47,747 bases of DNA from NCBI GenBank assembly GCA_021778295.1, contig JAJYCP010000003.1, positions 1-47,747 of the forward strand, in the 5' to 3' direction. How positions within the stretch are numbered: the stretch's first letter is position 1; the number at the start of each line of letters is the position of its first letter. A program made the translations under genes and the position numbers. Positions 34,788 through 42,939 of the stretch are shown here, in pieces. Under the pieces are notes generated by a model. The model made no database searches, was not told the origin of the DNA, and worked only from the letters and a program-made list of their open reading frames with translations. The stretch comes from a bacterium. Lineage in GTDB: Bacteria > Patescibacteriota > Minisyncoccia > Phycocordibacterales > Phycocordibacteraceae.

Positions 34788-35223
34788 AGGCAAGGGTGCG
34801 TGAACCATCCTGATGTGCTGTAAGTACGATATGGACAGCCGGCTTAGGGAGCTGATCGGAAACTTTTTCCGGCCACTCGAGGAAAATGAGATTCCCGGCA
34901 TCGCGCATGAGTTCGTCGAACCCGAGCGCGGCGAGATCGGCTCCCGAGTCGAGCCGATATGCGTCAATATGGATGAGACGCTTGAAGCGCTTGTCTTCCG
35001 GAAGTTTATAGATTTTCTCGAGAACGAACGTCGGACTGCTCACCGTTTCTTCTATAGAAAGCGAGCGCGCAACCGCTTGGGTGAAAGCGGTCTTCCCCGC
35101 TCCAAGCTCACCCGAGAGCGTGACGAGCATTGCTCCCTGTGCGTTTGGCGACAGGGCACGGGCGAATGCGCCGGCTTCAAGCGAAAGCGCTTCGGTGTCC
35201 GTTATGTGCGCATTCCTCTCCAT
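34780..35223 (-). CDS. tsaE: tRNA t6A37 biosynthesis ATPase TsaE
   Basis: Trimmed to MERNAHITD.. (ATG 35223). LSGELGAGKTAFTQ P-loop, SPTFVL, HIDAYRL. TACAAT lies 6 nt upstream of the ATG. Confidence 0.88.
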   Translation of the reverse strand: MERNAHITDTEALSLEAGAFARALSPNAQGAMLVTLSGELGAGKTAFTQAVARSLSIEETVSSPTFVLEKIYKLPEDKRFKRLIHIDAYRLDSGADLAALGFDELMRDAGNLIFLEWPEKVSDQLPKPAVHIVLTAHQDGSRTLAYG

Positions 35224-35298
35224 GCCTGGATTGTACCGCCGAATGGAAAATACGCCCGTCCTCCCCAAAACGGCGGTACTGCCGAGAGCGTGCGACGA

Positions 35299-35307
35299 TG
35301 GTATGAT
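35299..35307 (+). promoter_or_regulatory. extended -10 box TGgTATGAT, 6 nt upstream of the pilB ATG
   Basis: TGG TATGAT TCCCTC ATG. Confidence 0.45.
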
Positions 35308-35313
35308 TCCCTC

Positions 35314-36984
35314 ATGGATTTGCCATTTGATGCCGAACGTACAACAAGAAAGCTTGCTGAAGTGCGTGAACAAGAAGAAGAAGACCTCACGCGCATCCTC
35401 TCGGAAAAATATGCTATTCCTTACACCGATCTCTCGCTTCACGCGGTTGATGTCGAGGCGCTCCGCACGATTCCCGAAGAGAAAGCGCGCGCGGCCGAAG
35501 CGGCCGCCTTTGCTCGTACTGCGGAAGATCTTTCGCTCGCAATTCACAATCCGAATAATCCAGCGCTTGCAGAACTTCGCACTGAGCTCGCACAGAATGG
35601 CTTCCAAGTTCGGGAGTTCTTCGTTTCAAAAAAAGGCCTTGATAAAGTGCTGTCGCGCTATAGCGAGCTTTCCTTCGCGACACAATCAAAGACGGGCGTT
35701 TTCGTTGTCGCGGAAAACGTGTCCGCCGAGTTTTCAAAAGGAGCCGCGACCCGGGCGTTATTGGACCAGAAACTCACCGAGGCGGCCGCTTCTAAATCGC
35801 TTGAGCATGTCTCGCATCTGCTTGAAACTATTTTCGCGGGCGCATTTGCGCTTCGCGCTTCCGACATTCATTTCGAGCCGGAGGAAAAAGAAACACGTTT
35901 ACGCTTACGGATTGACGGACTTCTTGCCGACGTGCATTCCTTTGACCCGAACAGTTCCCATCAGCTTAATTCACGCCTGAAGCTTCTTTCAGGCGTGAAG
36001 CTTAACGTCACCAACCGAGCGCAGGACGGCCGTTTCAGCGTCTCGCGTTCGAGCGGAGAGTTGGAGATGCGCGCTTCTTTCATTCCGGGAAAATACGGTG
36101 AAGCGATTGTGCTGCGCATTCTTGACCCCGAAACGACTAAGGTTTCCTACAAAGAGCTCGGTATCAACCCGAAGTTGCTCGCGCGGCTCGAAAAGGAAAT
36201 TCGACGGTCAAATGGAATGCTGCTCACCACCGGCCCGACCGGAAGCGGCAAGACGACCACGCTGTATTCTTTCCTGCGAGAAATTTACGCGCCGGAAATA
36301 AAAATAATCACCATTGAAGATCCTATCGAATATCATTTGAGCGGTATCGTGCAGACGCAGGTCGAGGACAAGAAATACACCTTTGCCGAAGGGCTTCGCT
36401 CCATCGTGCGTCAGGACCCGGATATCATCATGGTCGGTGAGATCCGAGACGGCGAAACGGCGAATATCGCCATCCAGGCGGCACTCACGGGCCATTTTGT
36501 CTTCTCCACGCTCCACACCAATGATGCGGCCGGCACGTTCCCGCGCCTTGCCGACCTCGGTGCCGATCCGAAATCATTCGGGTCGGCGGTTACCGTTTCA
36601 ATGGCGCAACGTCTTCTCCGAAAACTTGATCCCGACACACGAAGGGAGCGCCCCCTCACGGATGAAGAGAAACGGATAATCGCGAAAGTATTCGAGTCGC
36701 TTGCCGACAAGACGCTTCTTCCGGAAAAAATAGAGACGGTATGGGAAGCGGCTCCCGCACATGCCGAAGAGACCGGTTATAAAGGCCGTATCGGTTTGTA
36801 TGAGGCAATTTTTATGGATGACGAGCTTGCGGAATTCCTGCGCGACAATCCGCCTGCAAACGAAATTGCGAAAATCGCCGCAACAAAGGGGTACTTGACC
36901 ATGGCGCAGGACGGCATACTGAAGGCTCTCGCGGGCATCACTTCTCTTTCTGAAGTGGCTGCAACTGTCGACCTGCCGCAGTAG
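35314..36984 (+). CDS. pilB: type IV pilus / type II secretion assembly ATPase (PilB/GspE family)
   Basis: Trimmed from ORF 34813.. to MDLPFDAERTTRKLAEV. ASDIHFEP, Walker A GPTGSGKTTT, DPDIIMVGEIRD, TGHFVFSTLHTND. Confidence 0.88.
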   Translation: MDLPFDAERTTRKLAEVREQEEEDLTRILSEKYAIPYTDLSLHAVDVEALRTIPEEKARAAEAAAFARTAEDLSLAIHNPNNPALAELRTELAQNGFQVREFFVSKKGLDKVLSRYSELSFATQSKTGVFVVAENVSAEFSKGAATRALLDQKLTEAAASKSLEHVSHLLETIFAGAFALRASDIHFEPEEKETRLRLRIDGLLADVHSFDPNSSHQLNSRLKLLSGVKLNVTNRAQDGRFSVSRSSGELEMRASFIPGKYGEAIVLRILDPETTKVSYKELGINPKLLARLEKEIRRSNGMLLTTGPTGSGKTTTLYSFLREIYAPEIKIITIEDPIEYHLSGIVQTQVEDKKYTFAEGLRSIVRQDPDIIMVGEIRDGETANIAIQAALTGHFVFSTLHTNDAAGTFPRLADLGADPKSFGSAVTVSMAQRLLRKLDPDTRRERPLTDEEKRIIAKVFESLADKTLLPEKIETVWEAAPAHAEETGYKGRIGLYEAIFMDDELAEFLRDNPPANEIAKIAATKGYLTMAQDGILKALAGITSLSEVAATVDLPQ

Positions 36985-36985
36985 G

Positions 36986-37014
36986 AAAAACCGCGGGGGT
37001 TACCCGCGGTTTTT
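36986..37014 (+). terminator. intrinsic terminator after pilB
   Basis: aaaaaccgcggg-ggtta-cccgcggttttt. Confidence 0.75.
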
Positions 37015-37025
37015 ACATTCCCGCA

Positions 37026-37169
37026 CATACTCCTCCAGGCAGAACCCGCAGTAACGCGGGGTAGACAAAACACCTGAGGAGATTCCCAGAATCGCCACCC
37101 GAAAGTAGCAACCCAGAAAGTCCTTGGGGAGTCGCCCTGAAGCCGTCAAGCCTTGCCTAGAGGAGTATG
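37026..37169. other. 144-nt structured intergenic element closed by a 16-bp long-range helix (candidate ncRNA; strand unknown)
   Basis: catactcctccaggca (37026-41) pairs with tgcctagaggagtatg (37154-69), 15 of 16 positions. Internal hairpins at 37045-37060 and 37112-37128. Confidence 0.3.
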
Positions 37170-37188
37170 AACAGGAACAAGAAATCTG

Positions 37189-37197
37189 TGATAGAAT
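37189..37197 (+). promoter_or_regulatory. extended -10 box TGaTAGAAT, 20 nt upstream of the ruvB ATG
   Basis: TGA TAGAAT, then a 20-nt leader without an SD. Confidence 0.4.
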
Positions 37198-37217
37198 GCT
37201 AGCACTACACCATTTAT

Positions 37218-38198
37218 ATGTCAACCCCCTTGCGGAATCCTGATTCGCTCCCCCAAGCGCTTGATGCAGCGCTCCGGCCGGTGCGCTGGGATGACTATGT
37301 CGGCCAGAAACAGATAAAAGCGAATATACGCATCGCCATTGATGCCGCTAAAAAGCGCGGCGGGATGCCCGAGCATATTCTCTTTTACGGTCCTCCCGGA
37401 GTGGGGAAAACAACCCTCGCTCATCTTGTTGCCGCGACGCTCGAATCCCCGCTCAAGAGCACGTCCGGGGTTGCCATAGAGCGCGCCGGAGACCTTGCGG
37501 CGATACTCACCAGTCTCGAGCCGAATACGGTTCTTTTTATCGACGAGATTCATCGTCTCTCGCGCAAAATCGAGGAACTTCTCTACCCCGCGCTTGAATC
37601 AGGACATCTTGATATTGTGCTCGGGAAAGGTCCTTCGGCGCGCACTGTTGAGCTCTCACTCCCGCCTTTTATGCTCGTCGGTGCGACAACGCGCGTTGCG
37701 GAGCTGTCCGGCCCGTTGCGCTCTCGTTTCGGTGGTGGCGTGTATCAGCTTGATTTTTACAGTGACGACGATCTGCGCGATATTATCCGCCGCTCGGCTC
37801 TCCTTCTGGAACTTTCGGCTCCTGAGGAAGTCATTGAGCGCATCGCGGCGCGCAGTCGCGCCACGCCGCGCGTCGCAAATGCGCTTTTGAAGCGCGTGCG
37901 CGACTTTTCCGAAGTGCATGAACGCGCGCTTTCTGCCGCGCTCTGCGACGAGGCGTGTACGCTTTTTGGTATTGATTCCTGCGGCCTTACAAAAGATGAC
38001 CGCCGCTATCTTATTACATTAGCCGAGGGGTTCCGCGGCGGTCCGGCGGGCATCCGCGCGCTCGCGGCGGCCCTGCATGAAGACCCTGATACGGTTGAGT
38101 ATATGTATGAACCTTTTTTGCTGCGGCTTGGTTTTATCGAGCGTTCTTCCCGCGGACGCATACTCACCTTAAAGGGTCGTTCTTATCTTCAAAATTGA
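37218..38198 (+). CDS. ruvB: Holliday junction DNA helicase RuvB
   Basis: LRPVRWDDYVGQ, GPPGVGKTTLA, LFIDEIHRL, ATTR..LSGPLRSRFG. Confidence 0.95.
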   Translation: MSTPLRNPDSLPQALDAALRPVRWDDYVGQKQIKANIRIAIDAAKKRGGMPEHILFYGPPGVGKTTLAHLVAATLESPLKSTSGVAIERAGDLAAILTSLEPNTVLFIDEIHRLSRKIEELLYPALESGHLDIVLGKGPSARTVELSLPPFMLVGATTRVAELSGPLRSRFGGGVYQLDFYSDDDLRDIIRRSALLLELSAPEEVIERIAARSRATPRVANALLKRVRDFSEVHERALSAALCDEACTLFGIDSCGLTKDDRRYLITLAEGFRGGPAGIRALAAALHEDPDTVEYMYEPFLLRLGFIERSSRGRILTLKGRSYLQN

Positions 38199-38223
38199 CC
38201 GGTACCGCGCGCTATTTTGCATT

Positions 38224-38232
38224 TGGTATAGT
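38224..38232 (+). promoter_or_regulatory. extended -10 box TGgTATAGT, 6 nt upstream of the yebC ATG
   Basis: TGG TATAGT GCATAC ATG. Confidence 0.45.
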
Positions 38233-38238
38233 GCATAC

Positions 38239-38796
38239 ATGTCGGGACACAGCAAATGGTCTCAGATCAAGAGGCAAAAATCGGTGACTGACGCGGCAAA
38301 AAGCCGAGTTTTTGCCCGCTACGCGCGCCTGATAGCTCTTGAATCGAAAAAAGCCGGAGGAAATCTCTCGGCGCCTTCACTCTCTGTTGCCATTCTCCGG
38401 GCAAAAGCGGAGAATATGCCGAAAGAAAATATCGAACGAGCGGTAGCCAAGGGTATAGCGAAAGATTCCGGAGATCTTGAGCGGGTTTTGTACGAAGCGT
38501 TTGGTCCGGGCGGCGTCGCGTTGCTTGTTGATGCGCTTACCGACAACAAGAATCGTACAACGCAAGAAATAAAACACCTGCTTATAACGCAGGGGGTAGA
38601 ACTCTCCGCCCCGGGCGCGGCAAGCTGGGCTTTCAAAAAAACTTCGGATGGCTCTTATGTCCCACATGAACCGCGTATTGATGTTTCTGGCACTGATGAG
38701 GAGCGGCTTCAAGCCATTCTTACGGAGCTCGATGAACATGCCGATGTACAGAGAGTGTTTAGCAATGCGCGGGGTTATGAGAATACTGGCGATTGA
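38239..38796 (+). CDS. yebC: YebC/PmpR-family protein (compact, 185 aa)
   Basis: MSGHSKWSQIKRQK..NMPKENIERAV..YEAFGPGGVALLVDALTDNKNRT..DVQRVFSNA. The middle domain is shorter than in the 240-aa forms I remember. Confidence 0.85.
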   Translation: MSGHSKWSQIKRQKSVTDAAKSRVFARYARLIALESKKAGGNLSAPSLSVAILRAKAENMPKENIERAVAKGIAKDSGDLERVLYEAFGPGGVALLVDALTDNKNRTTQEIKHLLITQGVELSAPGAASWAFKKTSDGSYVPHEPRIDVSGTDEERLQAILTELDEHADVQRVFSNARGYENTGD

Positions 38797-39253
38797 CCCC
38801 GGTTACGATCGTCTCGGTATCGCGGTTATCGAAGGCAATCCGTCACGTCCTACGCTCCTTTGGAGCGATTGTGTGCTACCGGAGAAAGGCGCGCCCGAAA
38901 ATCGTCTCGCTCATGTTTCTCGCGCTGTCACGGGCGCGCTTCATGCATACGCACCCGATGCGCTCGCAATTGAGACGCTTTTTTTCGGCATAAATAAAAA
39001 AACCGCACTTGGCGTCGCTGAGGCGCGGGGCGCCGTTTTTGCCGCCGCCGGCATAGCCTCGGTCCCGGTCGTAGAATATTCTCCGCAGCAGATAAAACTT
39101 GCGGTTACCGGCTACGGCGGCGCAACTAAAACAGCAGTCGCACAGATGATTCCCCGGCTTCTTTCGCTTCCCGAGAAAAAACGAATGGATGATGAGATCG
39201 ATGCCATAGCCATCGGTATCACCGCACTTGCCGTTGGCCTTCAAAAACATTAG
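38777..39253 (+). CDS. ruvC: crossover junction endodeoxyribonuclease RuvC
   Basis: Trimmed to MRILAIDPGYDRLGIAVIE..LAIETLFF..VVEYSPQQIKLAVTGYGGA.K..V. Overlaps the yebC end by 20 nt. Confidence 0.9.
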   Translation: MRILAIDPGYDRLGIAVIEGNPSRPTLLWSDCVLPEKGAPENRLAHVSRAVTGALHAYAPDALAIETLFFGINKKTALGVAEARGAVFAAAGIASVPVVEYSPQQIKLAVTGYGGATKTAVAQMIPRLLSLPEKKRMDDEIDAIAIGITALAVGLQKH

Positions 39254-39261
39254 AACTCATC

Positions 39262-39392
39262 TCAAACCCCCGCTCGGGTATGCGACAGAAAGGAGTACGC
39301 CGTCTTTTTCTGCTGAAAAAGCGGCTCGCTCTCGCCCCGTCGGGCTCCGAGAGCCTCTTTCTGCCGCATACCCCTCGCGGGGAGGGGTTTGA
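39262..39392. other. 131-nt long imperfect hairpin with two internal stem-loops (candidate ncRNA, MITE-like element or complex terminator)
   Basis: The arm tcaaacccccgctcgggtatgcgacagaaagg pairs with ctctttctgccgcatacccctcgcggggaggggtttga (about 30 bp). Inner hairpins at 39299-39325 and about 39326-39354. Confidence 0.4.
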
Positions 39393-39499
39393 AATGGGTT
39401 CTAATCCACACTAGGGAAGAAATGCGCTTGCATTGGTAATTTTTTTTGCTCAAATATATGCGCCCCTTGTCGCGGGGTTAAATTAAATAATGTATTCGC

Positions 39500-39592
39500 A
39501 TGGACGAGGATGAAATTCGCGAGGAGGACGATCTGTATGATGAAGAGGATGAATTGGAGAGTCTGGATGAGGAGGAAGACGAGCATTATTGA
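39500..39592 (+). CDS. possible 30-aa hyper-acidic peptide (MDEDEIREEDDLYDEEDELESLDEEEDEHY)
   Basis: Too short for the ORF track. TAATGT lies 6 nt upstream of the ATG, the same leaderless geometry seen at other genes. Followed by a 13-bp hairpin at 39606-39636. Purine-rich repeats could also be non-coding. Confidence 0.25.
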   Translation: MDEDEIREEDDLYDEEDELESLDEEEDEHY

Positions 39593-39635
39593 CTAGCGTT
39601 CCCGTATGCGCGGCCCGGTTTTACCGGGCCGCGCA

Positions 39636-39644
39636 TGGTAGCAT
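39636..39644 (+). promoter_or_regulatory. extended -10 box TGgTAGCAT, 7 nt upstream of the PBP ATG
   Basis: TGG TAGCAT ACGTACC ATG. Confidence 0.45.
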
Positions 39645-39651
39645 ACGTACC

Positions 39652-41811
39652 ATGGTTTCATTCCGACATACGTCGTGGCGGCATGTTTTTTTGGCGCTTA
39701 CTCTTGCGTTCTTCGGGCTCGGATTCCTTGCGGCGGGCGGAATTCTCATTGCCGTCATTCTTACGCCGGCGCCCGATATTGGCTCTTTCGCCGCGCGCCA
39801 GGTTGACCAATCCACTAAGATTTACGATCGCACCGGCCAGGTGCTGCTGTATGACTACAATCGGGATGCAAAACGGAATGTCGTTCCGCTTTCCGCTATA
39901 GCGCCCAATGCCATAAACGCGACTGTTGCGATCGAGGATTCGAGTTTTTACGAGCACGGGGCCATCCGTATCACATCGATTATCCGTGCCATGCTTGCTG
40001 ATATTTTCAGCGGCTCGCTTTCCCAAGGCGGTTCAACCATCACGCAACAAGTCGTAAAAAACACTCTCCTCACTGATACAAAAAGTATTATCCGCAAAAT
40101 ACACGAACTGGTGCTTGCGATCAAACTCGAACAGGTGTATTCGAAAAACCAAATTCTTGCAACATATCTCAACGACATCCCGTACGGAGGCACTTTGTAT
40201 GGCATTGATGCGGCTTCGGAAGCATATTTCAATATCCCAGCGAAAGACCTTTCCCTCGCGCAATCGGCGTATCTTGCAGCGATGATTCAGGCTCCTACGT
40301 ATTATTCTCCGTATGGTACGCACCGTGCAGAACTTGATACGCGTAAAAATCTTGTTCTTGAGCGGATGCATACGCTTGGTTTCATAGATACCGCTGCTTA
40401 TACCGCGGCGAAGAATGAAATCGTTTCTTTCGCTCCGGCAGGCCAGAACTCAATTATCGCTCCGCACTTCGTCTTTTACATCCTCAATCAGCTTGAACAG
40501 ACTTACGGACCGAATGCGCTCGTCTCAGGACTGAAGGTGACGACGACTCTCGATGCGAATCTTGAAACGCAAGCGGAGTCGATTGTGCATCAGTATGCGC
40601 CGGGAAATGAAAAGGATTTTAAGGCCTCAAACGCTTCGTTGGTTGCTATTGATCCGGCCACCGGACAAATACTGGCAATGGTCGGTTCTCGAAATTTTTT
40701 CGATACCACCATCGACGGGCAGTACAACTCCGCACTCGCGTTGCGGCAACCCGGCTCAACAATGAAGCCTTTTATTTATGCGCTCGCTCTTATGAAGGGT
40801 TATACGCGCGATACGGTCGTATTTGACGTACCGACACAATTTTCAACCGCCTGTCCGCCTTCTGCGGTCACCGACAGCACCCCGCCCTGTTATGCGCCGG
40901 TCGATTATGACGGTAGGTTCCGCGGACCAATGACTTTTGAGACCGCCTTAGCGCAATCAATCAATGTTCCTGCAGTCAAGGTGTTGTATTTGGTCGGCAT
41001 ACAAAATGCCATCAACCTCGCAAAATCATTCGGCCTGACTTCGCTCGGCGACCCGAATCAATACGGCCTCACTTTAGTGCTTGGTGGGGGTGAAGTGCGT
41101 CTTCTTGACCTTGTGGGCGCCTATGCGGCATTCGCCAACGACGGGGTGAAAAATACGCCGACCGGCATTCTTGAGGTTGATAATTCGCAAGGACAAGTTC
41201 TACAGAAATATACTCCGCAGCCGGTGCGTGTGATCCCGGCGCATATTGCGCGCGATATATCCGCAATGCTTTCCGATGCTCCGGCTCGGTTGCCGGAATA
41301 TTCGCTTAACTCACCGCTTTCTTTTCCCGGGTATGATGTTGCGGTCAAGACTGGTACAACAAATGATACGCGTGATGCGTGGGTGATCGGCTACTCCCCC
41401 TCAATAGCGCTCGGTGTATGGGCAGGAAACAATAACGATACTCCGATGGTGAAGTCGATCGCGGGTTTCATTGCGGCGCCGATGTGGCATGCAGCGATGG
41501 CATATGCGCTTTCAAAATATCCGAAGATGTATTTCGGAGAACCGGATCCTATCCCAACCACAGTGCCTCCAATGCTTCAAGGGAATTGGCGCATACCGGA
41601 CAAAAACGGAATGATTGTGCCGCACAGTTTGCTGTATTGGGTTGATAAAAATAACCCGCTTGGGCCACCGCCAACAAATCCCTCAAATGATCCTCAATTC
41701 GCGTACTGGGAGTATGGTATTTCCGCATGGTATGCCTCCCATCCGAATGATTTTTCCGGTGGAGTTATGCTTCCAGTTCCCCTCTCGACCGTCGCAACGA
41801 CAACACCTTAA
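39652..41811 (+). CDS. class A penicillin-binding protein (glycosyltransferase plus transpeptidase)
   Basis: Trimmed to MVSFRHTSW.. followed by a TM segment. GT51 motifs EDSSFYEHGAI and GGSTITQQVVKN. Transpeptidase motifs PGSTMKPFIY (SxxK) and KTGTTND. Confidence 0.88.
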   Translation: MVSFRHTSWRHVFLALTLAFFGLGFLAAGGILIAVILTPAPDIGSFAARQVDQSTKIYDRTGQVLLYDYNRDAKRNVVPLSAIAPNAINATVAIEDSSFYEHGAIRITSIIRAMLADIFSGSLSQGGSTITQQVVKNTLLTDTKSIIRKIHELVLAIKLEQVYSKNQILATYLNDIPYGGTLYGIDAASEAYFNIPAKDLSLAQSAYLAAMIQAPTYYSPYGTHRAELDTRKNLVLERMHTLGFIDTAAYTAAKNEIVSFAPAGQNSIIAPHFVFYILNQLEQTYGPNALVSGLKVTTTLDANLETQAESIVHQYAPGNEKDFKASNASLVAIDPATGQILAMVGSRNFFDTTIDGQYNSALALRQPGSTMKPFIYALALMKGYTRDTVVFDVPTQFSTACPPSAVTDSTPPCYAPVDYDGRFRGPMTFETALAQSINVPAVKVLYLVGIQNAINLAKSFGLTSLGDPNQYGLTLVLGGGEVRLLDLVGAYAAFANDGVKNTPTGILEVDNSQGQVLQKYTPQPVRVIPAHIARDISAMLSDAPARLPEYSLNSPLSFPGYDVAVKTGTTNDTRDAWVIGYSPSIALGVWAGNNNDTPMVKSIAGFIAAPMWHAAMAYALSKYPKMYFGEPDPIPTTVPPMLQGNWRIPDKNGMIVPHSLLYWVDKNNPLGPPPTNPSNDPQFAYWEYGISAWYASHPNDFSGGVMLPVPLSTVATTTP

Positions 41812-41821
41812 TTTTTTGAAC

Positions 41822-42922
41822 CTATTGATTCATTGGTGAAATGAGATAAAGGAGGGAGGGATCACCGACTCCTTTTATAATGATCGGACGTCCGATGCCG
41901 GCTGCGGTGAGTGAAAGGCTTTCTGTATTTGTGAGTGCGAGTACTGCTGAAAGATAGCGGTGGTTGAAAGAGAGATCGAGGGCGCTTCCGGTTATTTGTG
42001 CAGAAAGTGTCTCTATTGATTCCCCTATATCGATATTGTGGGCAAAAAAAGAAAAATGATTTTTTTTAGGATCAAAATTGATGCGTATTTTTTGGAAAGA
42101 ATCTGAAAAAATAGCTGTTCTTTTTAATGCGGTTTCAAAATCTTTTCTGAGGACTATGGCTTCAACGATGGATTCTTTCGGGATAATCTGCCGGTAATCA
42201 GGATAGTTTGCGTTTGTAAGCCGTGAGACCATCACTCCGGTCGCACTAGAAAACGCACATTGATGCTCATCGAATGTCAGGGTGATGTCGCCATCTGGTA
42301 GGGCTTGCGCTATTTCTATGGCATTTTTTGCCGGAATAAGGAGTTTTCCTTGTATTCCTTTGTTGCTGAGCGCTGTTTTCTTTTCCGCAAGCCTGAATGA
42401 GTCTGTTGCGACTATTGTGAGCACACCTCCCTCTAAGGAAAGGCTGATGCTTGAGAGTTCGGGGCGTATGGTTGAGTTTGATGCACAAGAAGCGATTGAG
42501 GTAAGGAGAGTGCGGAGAAGGGTTCCGGGAAGGATTATTTTATTTTTTTGATTTTCCGGAAATGGAATTGAGGGAAAATCATCATGGGGTACTGTTTTTA
42601 TAGAGCTCTTACCCGTACCGCTTGTGAGAGAAACGATATCCCCGGTATGTTCGAGTGTTATTCTCCCTTCTGGGGTGAGCGACCCGGCTATTTGCTGAAG
42701 TACGGTCGCTGGAATTGCGACAACTCCCTTGCTTTTACACTCTCCTTCAAGTTTAAGATCGATGCCAGTCTCGAGATTTGTTGCGCGCATTTTTATACTC
42801 TCGTCGCCGGCGATAATGAGGATTGAGGAGAGTGCAGGAAGAGATGTGTTTTTGCGTTCGGCGAATCGCGCGACTTTATACACTGTCTCAATGAATATCT
42901 TTTTTTCTATTGAAATATACAT
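41822..42922 (-). CDS. dnaN: DNA polymerase III beta sliding clamp
   Basis: 366 aa, directly downstream of dnaA. Typical beta-clamp length, with C-terminus ..GDPSLLYLISPMNQ. AT-rich. Confidence 0.9.
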   Translation of the reverse strand: MYISIEKKIFIETVYKVARFAERKNTSLPALSSILIIAGDESIKMRATNLETGIDLKLEGECKSKGVVAIPATVLQQIAGSLTPEGRITLEHTGDIVSLTSGTGKSSIKTVPHDDFPSIPFPENQKNKIILPGTLLRTLLTSIASCASNSTIRPELSSISLSLEGGVLTIVATDSFRLAEKKTALSNKGIQGKLLIPAKNAIEIAQALPDGDITLTFDEHQCAFSSATGVMVSRLTNANYPDYRQIIPKESIVEAIVLRKDFETALKRTAIFSDSFQKIRINFDPKKNHFSFFAHNIDIGESIETLSAQITGSALDLSFNHRYLSAVLALTNTESLSLTAAGIGRPIIIKGVGDPSLLYLISPMNQ

Positions 42923-42939
42923 ACGACTTCTATTAGGGT

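Noticed and set aside
34813-35313. N-terminal 167 codons of the 723-aa ORF that contains pilB.
   Set aside because: This part is antisense to tsaE and the polA start, and has no PilB/GspE similarity. The PilB N-terminus (MDLPFDAERTTRKLAEV) starts at ATG 35314, which has its own TGgTATGAT box 6 nt upstream.
35224-35607. Upstream extension of the tsaE ORF (34780..35607).
   Set aside because: The TsaE homology begins at MERNAH (ATG 35223). The extension overlaps pilB on the other strand and is compositionally odd.
37026-37169. Assigning the structured element to RNase P RNA, SRP RNA or a cobalamin riboswitch.
   Set aside because: AGAAAGTCC and AGAACCCG resemble RNase P P4 words, but they occur in the wrong order and the element is less than half the minimal size. 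A central GAAA followed by AGCA resembles SRP helix 8, but the flanks do not pair. CCCGCAGTAA resembles a cobalamin core word, but the other conserved blocks are absent or misordered. Left unassigned.
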